Source: Acutalibacteraceae bacterium (GTDB taxonomy: Bacteria > Bacillota > Clostridia > Oscillospirales > Acutalibacteraceae). From it: a DNA stretch of 64,000 nucleotides. Position numbers and translations under genes: made by a program. How positions within the stretch are numbered: the first letter of the stretch is position 1; every line of letters starts with the position of its first letter. Under the pieces are notes generated by a model. It did no database searches. It was not told the DNA's origin and saw only the letters and a list, made by a program, of their open reading frames with translations. The stretch lies in NCBI GenBank assembly GCA_045599345.1, contig JAZRVV010000019.1, forward strand, positions 3,103-67,102. The letters are read 5' to 3'. This document shows positions 35,904 to 46,385 of this stretch, piece after piece.

Positions 35904-38119
35904 TATTCAACACCTCTAAAGTAGAGGCCTCTTGTAAACTCAGCCTTAGGCTCGGATGAATTCTTGTATGCGTTTATTATTGCTTGTACTTTGTCCTTGC
36001 TCTCAACTGAGAAGTAGAGAATTTGGAAGTCGACGTTTTTGAGTTCGTCCTGCCTGTCGGCAAGGTAAATAGGGCGGGAGTTTAGGAGTTCACTTGCATT
36101 GCTACCGTTTGGCTTGCAAGTGACTGGAAAACGGATGCCCTTGCGGTCGACAAGGTAAAGGCTGCTGTTGCAGGATTTACAGTTGCGACCGTTCTTTATT
36201 GGGCAGTTTCGTGTGAGCATGAGCGGTATCTGGCCAAATGTGACAATGCCACGTGGCAAGGTGCCACGGAGCTTGTTGATGGCCGATAGCTCAAGCTCGG
36301 TTGAAACGGCCACGGAATGAATGCCAAGGTCCTGGTATTCACGAAGTGTAAAGCTGTTGAATGCGTTGAGCGTTGGGGCACCCATTACGATGAGACCTGC
36401 GCTCTTTGCAATGAGCACAGCATCGAGTGTGCTACAAAAGGCAAAGCGAACGCCTATTTTCTTGGCGTCCTTAAGTTTTGCCCTAATCTCGCGCTGACTT
36501 CCGTATATTGCGCGAGGTAGCTCAACGCCAATAGGAATACCAAGCTTTTTAAGCTTTGAATATTTGTCCTCGGTTGTATATAGTGGGACAATTATTGAAG
36601 TGATTCTTGGCGAGTTGGTGTCTTTTACTATTTCTGCAAAATTATCTGGAATTTGATCGGTTGATGAGAAACGAATAACAAGGTTTGGAAGGGTGGCAGT
36701 GCCATCCTTTTTCCATGTGACACCGTGTGCGCCAAGTTCTAGAAGTTCTGTGTTGATATAGTCCTCTATTGGCATCTTGTACTCATCAAAGAGTGTATCC
36801 TTTTTGTATCCTCCTGCAAGCTTCATCTCAAGAGAATCAAGTGCCAAGCGACGGATGCTGTTAATTTCAGATATTGGTATATTTACATTTTCATCAAGTT
36901 TGATATCGGTGGTCACTACCTTGAAAGGTGTGCCACCAGTCTTGTGAAGTTGATCACGAATCTTTGATGCCTCTGTTGCGTGATTCTGCGCCTTTTGTAC
37001 CTTGTATTCTGAGGTTACAAAGGTGTTGATGCGTCCAGTTGATACACTGGCAAGGAGAGGCTTTTTAAGCTCTGCTGTGAGGGACATGGAGACAGGGATG
37101 ACCTGTGGCTCCTTGTCATAGAGCCTAGCAAGTTCATGGAGAACTGGTCCTGCTGCGACTACGTCTTCTTTCTGCCTTGTGCCAAACATTGCACGACCAC
37201 GGTTGTTGGTGTAGTAACCATCAGTAAAGCCAGAGCGTGAGAATACTGCACGAAGTTGTTCCTTAAGGTGTGCCTCGTTTGCTGTCTGGATACCGCTGTA
37301 ATCCACTTCACCTGGAGTGTTCTTAAACTCTTGACCTTTTTGGTAGCGCCTTACAACAGCGTTGCAGGCTGATACAGCGGCCGCAACATATTCTGGGCGT
37401 TTCATACGACCCTCAATCTTGAATGAGTCTATGCCAAGGTCAATGAGTTCTGGGAGATGGTCGATGAGGGAGAGGTCCTTGAGCGATAAATCAAAGCCTG
37501 TGCCACCGGCCGCTTCAAATGCTAGCCTGCATGGCTGGGCACAGAGGCCTCTGTTGCCTGAGCGACCGCCAAGCATACCAGAGAGGTAGCACTGACCAGA
37601 AACGCACATGCAAAGAGCACCATGTATAAAGAGCTCGAGCTCCATACTGGTGTTTTCTCTGATAGTCTTTATTTCTTCAAACGTGAGCTCCCTTGGGAGA
37701 ACGGCACGTTTGAAGCCAAGCGCCTCAAGCTGCTTAAAGCCTTCGACGTTCATCACACTCATCTGGGTAGAGGCGTGGAGTGGCATGTTTGGTGCCACTT
37801 CACGGATTAGGCGAGCAAGGCCTAAATCCTGAATAATAAGTGCGTCTACACCAATGGCGCAGACGCACGATACGAGCTCTAGTGCAGATGAGATTTCGGC
37901 GTCACTAATTAGGGTGTTGAGTGTCAGGTATACCTTTATACCACGGACGTGGCAGTAGTCGACTGCCTTTTTAAGCTCGTCCTCGGTGAAGTTCTCTGCA
38001 TGACGTCTTGCATTAAAGTCGCCAGCGCCGAGATATACCGCATTTGCACCCGTACGAGCAGCTGCGACAAGGGCGTCGCTACTGCCACATGGAGCCAAAA
38101 TTTCAACTGGTTTTGTCAT
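35903..38119 (-). CDS. U32-family peptidase-like protein (long, two-module form)
   Basis: 738 aa. The N-terminal U32 core (ELFIHGALCMCVSGQCYLS ... GNRGLCAQPCR) is followed by a second U32-like module. It sits directly after zapA, as in many Firmicutes. Confidence 0.85.
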   Translation of the reverse strand: MTKPVEILAPCGSSDALVAAARTGANAVYLGAGDFNARRHAENFTEDELKKAVDYCHVRGIKVYLTLNTLISDAEISSALELVSCVCAIGVDALIIQDLGLARLIREVAPNMPLHASTQMSVMNVEGFKQLEALGFKRAVLPRELTFEEIKTIRENTSMELELFIHGALCMCVSGQCYLSGMLGGRSGNRGLCAQPCRLAFEAAGGTGFDLSLKDLSLIDHLPELIDLGIDSFKIEGRMKRPEYVAAAVSACNAVVRRYQKGQEFKNTPGEVDYSGIQTANEAHLKEQLRAVFSRSGFTDGYYTNNRGRAMFGTRQKEDVVAAGPVLHELARLYDKEPQVIPVSMSLTAELKKPLLASVSTGRINTFVTSEYKVQKAQNHATEASKIRDQLHKTGGTPFKVVTTDIKLDENVNIPISEINSIRRLALDSLEMKLAGGYKKDTLFDEYKMPIEDYINTELLELGAHGVTWKKDGTATLPNLVIRFSSTDQIPDNFAEIVKDTNSPRITSIIVPLYTTEDKYSKLKKLGIPIGVELPRAIYGSQREIRAKLKDAKKIGVRFAFCSTLDAVLIAKSAGLIVMGAPTLNAFNSFTLREYQDLGIHSVAVSTELELSAINKLRGTLPRGIVTFGQIPLMLTRNCPIKNGRNCKSCNSSLYLVDRKGIRFPVTCKPNGSNASELLNSRPIYLADRQDELKNVDFQILYFSVESKDKVQAIINAYKNSSEPKAEFTRGLYFRGVE

Positions 38120-38125
38120 ATGAAA

Positions 38126-38479
38126 TTAGAATGATTTCATTGAGCCACTGCGAAGTGACTGAATTTCCTTGTTGAGGCGTTCAACGTCGCGCTTTGCAAC
38201 TTCTGCTTCCATCTTGTAACGAGCAGAATCCTCAAGGTATTCCTTGATCTGAGCACGAAGGTTGTCAGCTGTGTCAGTTGCCTTCTTTGCTGTGTCAGCA
38301 TAATCAAGAGATGCAAGGATAGCAGCCTGTGTGATTGAAAGGCGGCTGTTGTCGTGAACAATCTTGGAAAGAGTTTCATCAAGATTGTTTGCAAGCTCTA
38401 ATACGTACTTTGGATCGTCTTCTGTTGTGATGTAGTAATCGCTGCCACAGATAGAAACCTTTACTTTGTTCTTTTCCAT
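38126..38479 (-). CDS. zapA: Cell division protein ZapA
   Basis: 117 aa. VSICGSDYYITTEDDPKYV plus a C-terminal coiled coil. Confidence 0.8.
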   Translation of the reverse strand: MEKNKVKVSICGSDYYITTEDDPKYVLELANNLDETLSKIVHDNSRLSITQAAILASLDYADTAKKATDTADNLRAQIKEYLEDSARYKMEAEVAKRDVERLNKEIQSLRSGSMKSF

Positions 38480-38553
38480 ATCTTAAACCTCACTAAAATT
38501 AATCAATATAACTATTAAGAAGAGTATATCATAAGGGGCATCGAATATAAAGA

Positions 38554-40485
38554 TTAAATTTTGGAACCCCTTCTGTAATTTTTGAGTATAACTGGTACAT
38601 TCTCTAAGAGAACGTAACCGCAAGCTGGGAGCCTTACAAGGTCGCCTTGAACGAGTACTCCATCGCTTTGAAGGATTACTTCTGCATCCGTTACTGTCGA
38701 TGGAAGGGTGTAGTTGATAGCGTCGTCTCCACGGTTTACGAGTACAATAATGGAGTAGCTCTTGCCGTATTCGTCAGTCTTGCGGCGCTCGAAACATACT
38801 ACGCCGTCGGCAGCGGAGATTGGCACAAAGTCTGCGTCACGAAATACATATGACTTGTGCTGCCTTACTTCGCCGAGTTCCTTGTAGAAGGCGAGCAAAT
38901 CCTCGTCAATGTCATACCAAGGAAGGCCTTGACGGTTGAATGGATCGCGACCGCCCTCCATACCGACCTCGTCTCCATAATAGATGGATGGGAAGCCAGG
39001 CAAGGTGTACTGCAAAACGGTTGCAACCCTAAGGAGCGCCAGAGCGTGCTCACGCTCTGAGTCATCAAGCTTTAGCTTTGCTTGAGATTCGCGTGGCATG
39101 TTCTCGCAGTTGTATCCAGCAAGTAGTGTCAAGATACGCTCGGTATCGTGAGTGCCAAGTGGGTTCATCAGAGAATCAACTATTTGCTTTGGATAGTTCT
39201 CTGTGATAGTTAAAATCTGTTCAAAGAAGTTCTCGGCGTTGTCGCGTGCGACAAAGTCAATGATAGCGTTCCTAAATGGATAGTTCATTACGCTATCGAG
39301 CTCAGAGCCGAGAAGGTATTTACGGCGTACGCCGTAAGAGGTCTTGTTTGATGCATCCTCCCAAACCTCACCAAGGAGCAAAGCCTCAGGTTTTACGGCT
39401 TTGATCCTTTCCTTTATAGCGGCGATGAATTCATCTGGAAGCTCATCAGCAACGTCAAGCCTCCATCCGTCGGCTCCGAGTAGCAGCCACTTCTCGATGA
39501 CGCCACCTTCGCCTGTGATGAATTCAAGGTAGGAAGGTTCTTCCTCAATAATCTCTGGGAGGATTGGAACTCCCCACCAAGATTTGTAGGAGTCTGGCCA
39601 GCTTTCAAACTTGTACCAGGAGTAATATGGTGATTCCTTTGACTGGTATGCGCCAAGTGATGAGTAGTGATCGTACTTGTTGAAGTAGATGCTGTCATCA
39701 CCGGTGTGGCTGAATACACCATCAAGGATTATTTTTATGCCATTTTTATGAGCCGCTGTGCAGAGGGAAATAAAGTCATCCTCTTTGCCAAGGAGTGGGT
39801 CAATTGCCATATAGTTTGCTGTATTGTACCTGTGGTTTGAGTGCGCTTCAAAAATTGGGTTTAAGTAAATAATGTCTACGCCCAAATCCTTAAGGTATGG
39901 GAGTTTCTCCTCAATACCCTTAAGGTCACCACCAAGGTAGTCGTTATTCCAAAGACCTGTCTCTGGGTCCGCTGTATACTGTGGCATTGAGCGCCAACGG
40001 ACAAGCTTTGCATCCATTGGAATAATCTTTTGTGTACCGGAGCCAAAGAACCTATCTGGGAAAATTTGGTACATGATACCGCCTTTCCATTGGCTCGCAA
40101 CCTCTTGCTCGCCGGAGTAGACGGTGAGCTGCCACGAATCATCTTTGCCGTCAACATAACCGTTGCTATATTGACCCTTAAAGATGTTGTGTATGTAGCC
40201 ACCGGCAGTAAATGTAAAGTGGTACCAGAAAAGACCAACCTCTTTTGGAGTGTAATCAAGTTCCCAGTATACGGAGCCAGCATAGTGCTCATCTGTGCGA
40301 TGTAAAGCATATTCCTCTGTCTTTACAGTAGCATCACAAAGGATAACAAACTTAGCCTCGGTGATATCAAGACCGCCGAAGTTTTCTGGGAGCAAGAGGC
40401 GCAGTTTAACAGTTTGGTCCACTGCTATTGCACCATAGATGCTCTTGTAATGTCTGTCTCTGGAATTGTAGATGTGCTCAGGCAT
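38554..40485 (-). CDS. GH13 alpha-glycosidase (neopullulanase/cyclomaltodextrinase-like)
   Basis: GH13 conserved regions DGVFSH, GADGWRLDVADE, LLGEVWED and LGTHDTER. Start set at ATG 40485, after GGGAGG. Confidence 0.85.
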   Translation of the reverse strand: MPEHIYNSRDRHYKSIYGAIAVDQTVKLRLLLPENFGGLDITEAKFVILCDATVKTEEYALHRTDEHYAGSVYWELDYTPKEVGLFWYHFTFTAGGYIHNIFKGQYSNGYVDGKDDSWQLTVYSGEQEVASQWKGGIMYQIFPDRFFGSGTQKIIPMDAKLVRWRSMPQYTADPETGLWNNDYLGGDLKGIEEKLPYLKDLGVDIIYLNPIFEAHSNHRYNTANYMAIDPLLGKEDDFISLCTAAHKNGIKIILDGVFSHTGDDSIYFNKYDHYSSLGAYQSKESPYYSWYKFESWPDSYKSWWGVPILPEIIEEEPSYLEFITGEGGVIEKWLLLGADGWRLDVADELPDEFIAAIKERIKAVKPEALLLGEVWEDASNKTSYGVRRKYLLGSELDSVMNYPFRNAIIDFVARDNAENFFEQILTITENYPKQIVDSLMNPLGTHDTERILTLLAGYNCENMPRESQAKLKLDDSEREHALALLRVATVLQYTLPGFPSIYYGDEVGMEGGRDPFNRQGLPWYDIDEDLLAFYKELGEVRQHKSYVFRDADFVPISAADGVVCFERRKTDEYGKSYSIIVLVNRGDDAINYTLPSTVTDAEVILQSDGVLVQGDLVRLPACGYVLLENVPVILKNYRRGSKI

Positions 40486-40504
40486 AGGAATGCCTCCCAA
40501 TCAA

Positions 40505-42907
40505 TTATTTAATAGGGGATGCGTGCCAGATGTTCTTTGCGTATTCGTCGATTGCTCGATCGGCTGCAAATACGCCAGCGCTTGCTGTGTTCATAAGCGA
40601 CATACGTGTCCATGACTTCTTGTCCTTGTATGCTTCCATAAGCTCGTGATGAACTCTGTGGTAGTCATCAAAGTCTGCCATGATCATGTATGGATCAACG
40701 TGTATAGCGTTTGCAATTTCAGGGAACTGCAAGCCGTTAACGCCGTCGTTCATAAAGTCTATTACTCGACGGATAAGTTGATTTTGGTTGAAGTAACTGT
40801 ATGAGTCATAGTGGTTCTGTAAATCCTGAACCTCTGGTGTCCTCATGCCAAAGATAAAGATGTTGTCCTCGCCAACAGCATCATGAATCTCTACGTTCGC
40901 GCCGTCAAGAGTACCAATAGTTACGGCGCCATTGATCATGAGCTTCATGTTGCCGGTACCGGATGCCTCTGTACCGGCAAGGGATATCTGCTCCGAGATA
41001 TCTGCTGCTGGCATAAGGTGCTCGGCAAGGGAAACATTGTAGTCCTCAAGGTAAACAATCTTGATCTTGCCCTTGATAACAGGGTCGTTGTTAACAACCT
41101 CTGCAAGGTTGCAGATAAAGCTGATAATCTTTTTCGCCATAAAGTAGCCAGCGGCTGCTTTGGCACCAAAGATGTATGTCCTTGGGACAAAGTCCATATC
41201 AGGATTGTCACGAAGCTCAAGATAGTTCGCAACAATATCAAATGCGTTGAGGAGCTGACGCTTGTACTCGTGGAGCCTCTTGACCTGTACATCGAAAACA
41301 GAGTTTGGATCAATTTCGATGCCTTGAGTCTCCTTGATGTACTTGGCAAATTCAACCTTGTTCTGATATTTGATATCAGCAAACTTGGTCAGTACCTTGT
41401 CGTCATCCTTGTACTTTTTAAGTTTTTCGAGCTCGGCGCCGTCTAAGATGAAGCCGCTGCCGATAAGCTTGGTTATGTAAGCGGTGAGCTCAGGGTTTGC
41501 TTGGCAGAGCCAACGTCTGTGAGCAATACCGTTAGTGACATTTTTAAACTTCTTAGGTGTGAGCCTGTAGAAGTCGTGGAAGATAGTATCCTTCAAAATC
41601 TCGCTGTGGAGTGCGGATACGCCGTTTACGCTGTGGCAAGTTGCAACGCAGAGGTTTGCCATACGAACGATGCCGTTTGAGCAGATGGCCATCTCCTCAA
41701 CCTTATCAGCATCGTGGTAGAGGTCCCAAATGAATGCGCGATAGCGGTTATCTATTTCCTTGATTATCTGATAGATACGAGGGATGAGGGTGATTACAAT
41801 ATCCTCAGGCCAGCATTCAAGCGCCTCTTTCATTACTGTGTGGTTTGTGTATGCAAATGTCTGTGAAACAAGCTTCCAAGCGTCGTCCCAACCGAGTCCG
41901 CAGTCATCCATAAAGATACGCATGAGCTCTGGGATTGCGAGTGTTGGGTGAGTGTCGTTGATGTGGATAGCCATCTTTTCTGGGATGGTATCAATAGACT
42001 TGTTTTGACGAAGGTGACGTCTTACAACATCCTGCATAGATGCAGATACAAGGAAGTACTGCTGACGGAGACGAAGGCTCTTGCCTTCTGGGTGGTTGTC
42101 AGCAGGGTAGAGAACTTTGCAGATTACCTCTGCCATAGCCTGTTGCTCAACTGCACGGATGTAGTCACCTTGGTTAAAGAGACTCATATCAAAGCCTGGT
42201 GCGGCAGCCTTCCAAAGACGAAGTCTTGAGTAAGCCTTGCCGTCCTTGCCAGGTACATACATGTCATAAGGGGTTGCAACGACAGATATGGCGTTGCTTG
42301 TTTTTGTTACAAAGTAACCGTCTTGCCAACTGCTCTCGATGTCGCCGCCGAATTGAACTGTTACCTTGAGGTCATCCTTTGGCGTGAGCCAAATCTCACC
42401 GCCAGGAAGCCAGTAATCAGGGAGCTCTGTCTGCCAACCGTCGATGAGCTTCTGTTTAAAGATACCGCATTCATAGAGAATGCTGTATCCCATTGAAGCG
42501 TATCCGCCGGTTGCAAGAGCATCAAGGTAACATGCGGCAAGGCGACCGAGACCGCCGTTGCCAAGACCTGCGTCTGGTTCACATTCATAAATCTTGTCTA
42601 TGCTAATGCCTAGGTCGGCAAGAGCCTTCTTGGCAACGTCACTAAGACCTAAGTTATAGAGATTATTTTTGAGCGAGCGACCCATCAAAAACTCCATGCA
42701 CATGTAATAAACTGTTTTGGAATCCTTGTCGTTTTTGATTCGCTCTATATATTCGTGTCCGCCCTCTTGAAGCTTCTCCTTTACAACTGTTGAGACAGCC
42801 TTGTAAACCTGGTTGTCATCAGCAAGCTCTGGAGTGACGCCGTAAAGGTGTGAAAGCTTCTTTACGATAGCCTCACGGAATTGTTTTTGTGTCATTGAAT
42901 AATTCAT
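40505..42907 (-). CDS. glgP: Glycogen/maltodextrin phosphorylase
   Basis: 800 aa with the PLP-lysine context TEASGTGNMKLMINGA. Confidence 0.92.
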   Translation of the reverse strand: MNYSMTQKQFREAIVKKLSHLYGVTPELADDNQVYKAVSTVVKEKLQEGGHEYIERIKNDKDSKTVYYMCMEFLMGRSLKNNLYNLGLSDVAKKALADLGISIDKIYECEPDAGLGNGGLGRLAACYLDALATGGYASMGYSILYECGIFKQKLIDGWQTELPDYWLPGGEIWLTPKDDLKVTVQFGGDIESSWQDGYFVTKTSNAISVVATPYDMYVPGKDGKAYSRLRLWKAAAPGFDMSLFNQGDYIRAVEQQAMAEVICKVLYPADNHPEGKSLRLRQQYFLVSASMQDVVRRHLRQNKSIDTIPEKMAIHINDTHPTLAIPELMRIFMDDCGLGWDDAWKLVSQTFAYTNHTVMKEALECWPEDIVITLIPRIYQIIKEIDNRYRAFIWDLYHDADKVEEMAICSNGIVRMANLCVATCHSVNGVSALHSEILKDTIFHDFYRLTPKKFKNVTNGIAHRRWLCQANPELTAYITKLIGSGFILDGAELEKLKKYKDDDKVLTKFADIKYQNKVEFAKYIKETQGIEIDPNSVFDVQVKRLHEYKRQLLNAFDIVANYLELRDNPDMDFVPRTYIFGAKAAAGYFMAKKIISFICNLAEVVNNDPVIKGKIKIVYLEDYNVSLAEHLMPAADISEQISLAGTEASGTGNMKLMINGAVTIGTLDGANVEIHDAVGEDNIFIFGMRTPEVQDLQNHYDSYSYFNQNQLIRRVIDFMNDGVNGLQFPEIANAIHVDPYMIMADFDDYHRVHHELMEAYKDKKSWTRMSLMNTASAGVFAADRAIDEYAKNIWHASPIK

Positions 42908-42964
42908 TAAACTTGGTCCACCTAACGTTGAAAATATAATAAAAAATATACATTACATTATAAT

Positions 42965-42997
42965 ATAAAAGCGCCGTTGGTACAATACCAACGGCGC
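42965..42997 (-). terminator. Rho-independent terminator of the alcohol dehydrogenase gene
   Basis: 12-bp stem gcgccgttggta/taccaacggcgc. The minus strand is followed by ttttat. Confidence 0.7.
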
Positions 42998-43011
42998 AAA
43001 AATGTGCCTAA

Positions 43012-44262
43012 TTATTTAATCATAATTTCGTCACGAACGAACTTCTCGAGTTCAGCCTGTGTGAAGATCTGCTTAACTGGGTATGTTGGAAGTACCTCAG
43101 CGATGCAGTGCTCAGCGATCCAAGGAATATCTTCTTCCTTGATGCAATCGAAGCCTGTAGGGATCTCCATACGAGCGTTCATAGCTTCAACTTCAGCGAT
43201 GAACTTCTTAGCCTTCTCTTCGTCTGTTGCACCTGTGATGCCAACATAGTCAGCGATCTCAGCGAGCTTGTCATAAACGTATGGGCCAAGGAGAGCGTCT
43301 GAGAATACGTGTGGAAGGATTACAGACATTGCAAGACCGTGAGGAACACCGTACTTACCGCCGAGTCTGTGACCGATACCATGAACGTAACCAACGCCGC
43401 CACGTGTGAAGCAGAGACCTGCATAGTAAGAAGCAAGGAGCATGTTGCCACGAGCTTCGAGGTCAGAACCGTTGTTGTAAGCCTTTTCGAGGTTCTCGAA
43501 AATAAGCTTGATAGCCTTAAGGCCATAGTCGTTGAACTTCTTGTCGTTGTACCAAATATTTGTGTAACCTTCAACAGCATGAGTCATAGCATCCATACCT
43601 GTTGTAGATGTAACTTTCTTTGGAAGACCAGCTGTGAGCTCTGGATCAAGAACTGCATAACGAGCACGGATAAATGGATCCATGATTGGGAACTTATCGT
43701 GTGTTGATGCATCAGTAATAACAGCAGCGATAGTTGTTTCCGAACCTGTACCAGCTGTTGTTGGAACTGCATAGAGTGGAGGTGGGATAAGGCCATTCAT
43801 CTTCTTTGCTGGAAGGAATACCTTGAAAGTACCACTCATCTTTGCTACTGGACGCTCAGGTCTTGCTACGCGAGCAATTGTACCCTTAGCGCAGTCCATT
43901 GGTGAGCCGCCGCCTACAGCGATAACTGCCTGGCAGTTATTCTCTTTGTAGAGCTTAAGAGCTGCTTCAACGTTTTCGATTGTTGGGTTAGGCTGTACCT
44001 CATCATAAACAACGTACTTAACGCCTACTTCGTCAAGAGCCTTGAAAAGGCCATCGAGAAGGTTAAGACCCATAAGGCCCTTATCAGTTACTACGAGAAC
44101 CTGATTCTTGCCTTTTTTCTTAACTACTGCTGGAAGCTTTTTGATAGCACCAGGACCATCGATGATTGTTGGATCTGGGAAGAACCAGCCCCAGCAATAC
44201 ATAAGAGCACAGAATACTACTTCAATAGCTCTCCAGTAGATTTTCTTTAAAGTCCACATCAT
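43012..44262 (-). CDS. Iron-containing (group III) alcohol dehydrogenase
   Basis: GGGSPMDCAKG motif and His-rich metal site (HAVEGY ... HGIGH). Start moved to ATG 44262, after GGAGG. Confidence 0.85.
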   Translation of the reverse strand: MMWTLKKIYWRAIEVVFCALMYCWGWFFPDPTIIDGPGAIKKLPAVVKKKGKNQVLVVTDKGLMGLNLLDGLFKALDEVGVKYVVYDEVQPNPTIENVEAALKLYKENNCQAVIAVGGGSPMDCAKGTIARVARPERPVAKMSGTFKVFLPAKKMNGLIPPPLYAVPTTAGTGSETTIAAVITDASTHDKFPIMDPFIRARYAVLDPELTAGLPKKVTSTTGMDAMTHAVEGYTNIWYNDKKFNDYGLKAIKLIFENLEKAYNNGSDLEARGNMLLASYYAGLCFTRGGVGYVHGIGHRLGGKYGVPHGLAMSVILPHVFSDALLGPYVYDKLAEIADYVGITGATDEEKAKKFIAEVEAMNARMEIPTGFDCIKEEDIPWIAEHCIAEVLPTYPVKQIFTQAELEKFVRDEIMIK

Positions 44263-44412
44263 TTTGTTTACCTCCCTAATAATATATGTTAGGACGTCAT
44301 TTATTATACTATAATGAAATGAATATTGATATAGTAAATCTTCCAAATCTCTTGTACATTTTTAGTGAAATGCACAAATTTGGTGTCTTTTAACGGACAA
44401 TCCATATTGGAG

Positions 44413-44493
44413 TTGCAAGATTTGATTTAAAAACTTGCAAAACTATTGACTAAAAGGTATTAAAGTAGTATATTTTTTGCGTAAATTTGCAAG
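44413..44493 (+). promoter_or_regulatory. gdhA promoter flanked by three TTGCAAG elements
   Basis: -35 TTGACT (44446-44451), 17-nt spacer, -10 TATATT (44469-44474). TTGCAAG at 44413-44419, its inverted copy CTTGCAA at 44434-44440, and a third TTGCAAG at 44487-44493. Confidence 0.4.
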
Positions 44494-44509
44494 AAAGGTC
44501 TTGAAAACA

Positions 44510-45856
44510 ATGAATGAGTATATCGAAAGTGTAATCGCAAGAGTAAAAGAGCGCGATGCTGATAAGCCTGAATTCATTCAGACTGTTGAGGAAGTATTCA
44601 GCTCTCTTGAGAAAGTAATAGACCAGCGCCCTGACTATGTTGCTGCCGACATCCTTGGCCGCATGGTTGAGCCAGAGCGTTTCATTAGCTTCCGTGTTGC
44701 ATGGGTTGATGACGCAGGTAAGGTTCAGGTTAACCGTGGCTACCGCGTACAGTTCAACTCTGCTATCGGTCCATACAAGGGTGGTCTTCGTTTCCATCCA
44801 ACAGTAAACCCATCAATCATTTGGTTCCTTGGTTTCGAGCAGACATTTAAGAACTCTCTTACATCCCTCCCTATGGGCGGTGGTAAAGGTGGTTCTGACT
44901 TTGACCCACGCGGCAAGTCAGATGCAGAGGTTATGCGTTTCTGCCAGGCATTCATGACAGAGCTCCAGCGTCACATCGGTCCAAACGTTGACGTACCAGC
45001 TGGTGATATCGGTGTAGGCGGACGTGAAATTGGTTACCTCTTTGGCCAGTACAAGAGGATTAAGGACGCTTATGAAAATGGCGTATTGACAGGCAAGGGC
45101 TTCAGCTACGGTGGTTCTCTCATCCGCCCAGAAGCAACAGGCTATGGCGCTATTTACTATACACAGGAAGTTCTCGCTCACGAAGGCGAGAAGGTAGAAG
45201 GCAAGACATTTGCAGTTTCAGGTTTCGGTAACGTTGCTTGGGGTGCTTGCTCAAAGATTGCTGAACTTGGTGGTAAGGCAGTTACAATCTCTGGTCCTGA
45301 TGGTTATATCTATGATCCAGACGGTATCGTAACAAAGGAAAAGCTCGACTTTATGCTCGAGATGCGTGCATCAGGCCGTGACAAGGTTCAGGATTATGCT
45401 GACAAGTTCGGTTGCCAGTTCTTCCCTGGCCAGAAGCCATGGGGCCAGAAGGTAGACATCTGCCTTCCATGCGCAACTCAGAACGAAATCAACATGGACG
45501 AGGCAAAGAAGATCGTTGACAATGGTACAAAGTACTACATCGAAGTTGCTAACATGCCAACAACAAACGAAGCTCTTGCTTTCATCGTAGAGTCAGGTGC
45601 AATCGTTGCTCCATCAAAGGCAGTTAACGCTGGTGGCGTTGCTACATCTGGTCTTGAGATGTCTCAGAACTCTGAGCGTCTTTCATGGTCAGCTGAAGAA
45701 GTAGATGCAAAGCTTCATACTATTATGAAGAACATCTACAGCGCATCAGTTGTAGCATCTGAGAAGTACGGTCTTGGCTACGACCTCATCGCTGGCGCAA
45801 ACATCGCTGGTTTCGAGAAGGTTGCAGAGGCAATGCTCGCTCAGGGTATCTATTAA
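44510..45856 (+). CDS. gdhA: NADP-specific glutamate dehydrogenase
   Basis: 448 aa from ATG 44510, with LPMGGGKGGSDFDP and the dinucleotide fold GFGNVAWG. Confidence 0.92.
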   Translation: MNEYIESVIARVKERDADKPEFIQTVEEVFSSLEKVIDQRPDYVAADILGRMVEPERFISFRVAWVDDAGKVQVNRGYRVQFNSAIGPYKGGLRFHPTVNPSIIWFLGFEQTFKNSLTSLPMGGGKGGSDFDPRGKSDAEVMRFCQAFMTELQRHIGPNVDVPAGDIGVGGREIGYLFGQYKRIKDAYENGVLTGKGFSYGGSLIRPEATGYGAIYYTQEVLAHEGEKVEGKTFAVSGFGNVAWGACSKIAELGGKAVTISGPDGYIYDPDGIVTKEKLDFMLEMRASGRDKVQDYADKFGCQFFPGQKPWGQKVDICLPCATQNEINMDEAKKIVDNGTKYYIEVANMPTTNEALAFIVESGAIVAPSKAVNAGGVATSGLEMSQNSERLSWSAEEVDAKLHTIMKNIYSASVVASEKYGLGYDLIAGANIAGFEKVAEAMLAQGIY

Positions 45857-45868
45857 TAGGCAAACCAA

Positions 45869-45902
45869 AAGGGGTTCCCAATCGGGAACCCCTTAATTTT
45901 TT
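45869..45902. terminator. Bidirectional rho-independent terminator
   Basis: 11-bp stem aaggggttccc/gggaacccctt followed by aatttttt. Confidence 0.75.
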
Positions 45903-46260
45903 ATTTGCGTATTTTGCAGATACAGTCGAATGTCTCGTCGCTGATGACGTGCTCCATTCGACAGGCGTCCTTCTCTGCAATTTCTGGCGGAACGCCAATG
46001 GAAGTGAGCGTCGCTGTAAGGATTGTGTGACGTTCATATACCTTTTTTGCGACAGCAAGTCCTTTGTCTGTGAGCTTTAAATCAAGTCCCTTAGTGTCCT
46101 CGATATAGCCGTCATTTTTCAAAAGGCCGATGGCGCGTGAAACGGATGGCTTGGAAAAGCCCATGTAGTCACAGATGTTAACGGCGCGAACCGATTTGTT
46201 TTTCATTGACAAAATGTAAATGGTTTCAAGGTACATCTCGCCGGATTCCTGTAGTGACAA
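45901..46260 (-). CDS. DtxR/MntR-family metal-dependent transcriptional regulator (short form)
   Basis: 119 aa with GEMYLETIY and the wHTH segment ICDYMGFSKPSVSRAIGLL. TTG start after AGGAGA. Confidence 0.8.
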   Translation of the reverse strand: MSLQESGEMYLETIYILSMKNKSVRAVNICDYMGFSKPSVSRAIGLLKNDGYIEDTKGLDLKLTDKGLAVAKKVYERHTILTATLTSIGVPPEIAEKDACRMEHVISDETFDCICKIRK

Positions 46261-46385
46261 CTGCGCTCATCTCCTGTCCTTAAAGTATCCTAATTCTATC
46301 ATAAATAATTGACATAAGCAACTGAGGGGATTAAAATGAAAGTACCGGCCAAGAACTTTTGTTTGTTATTCCGGAGGTGTAGAAT

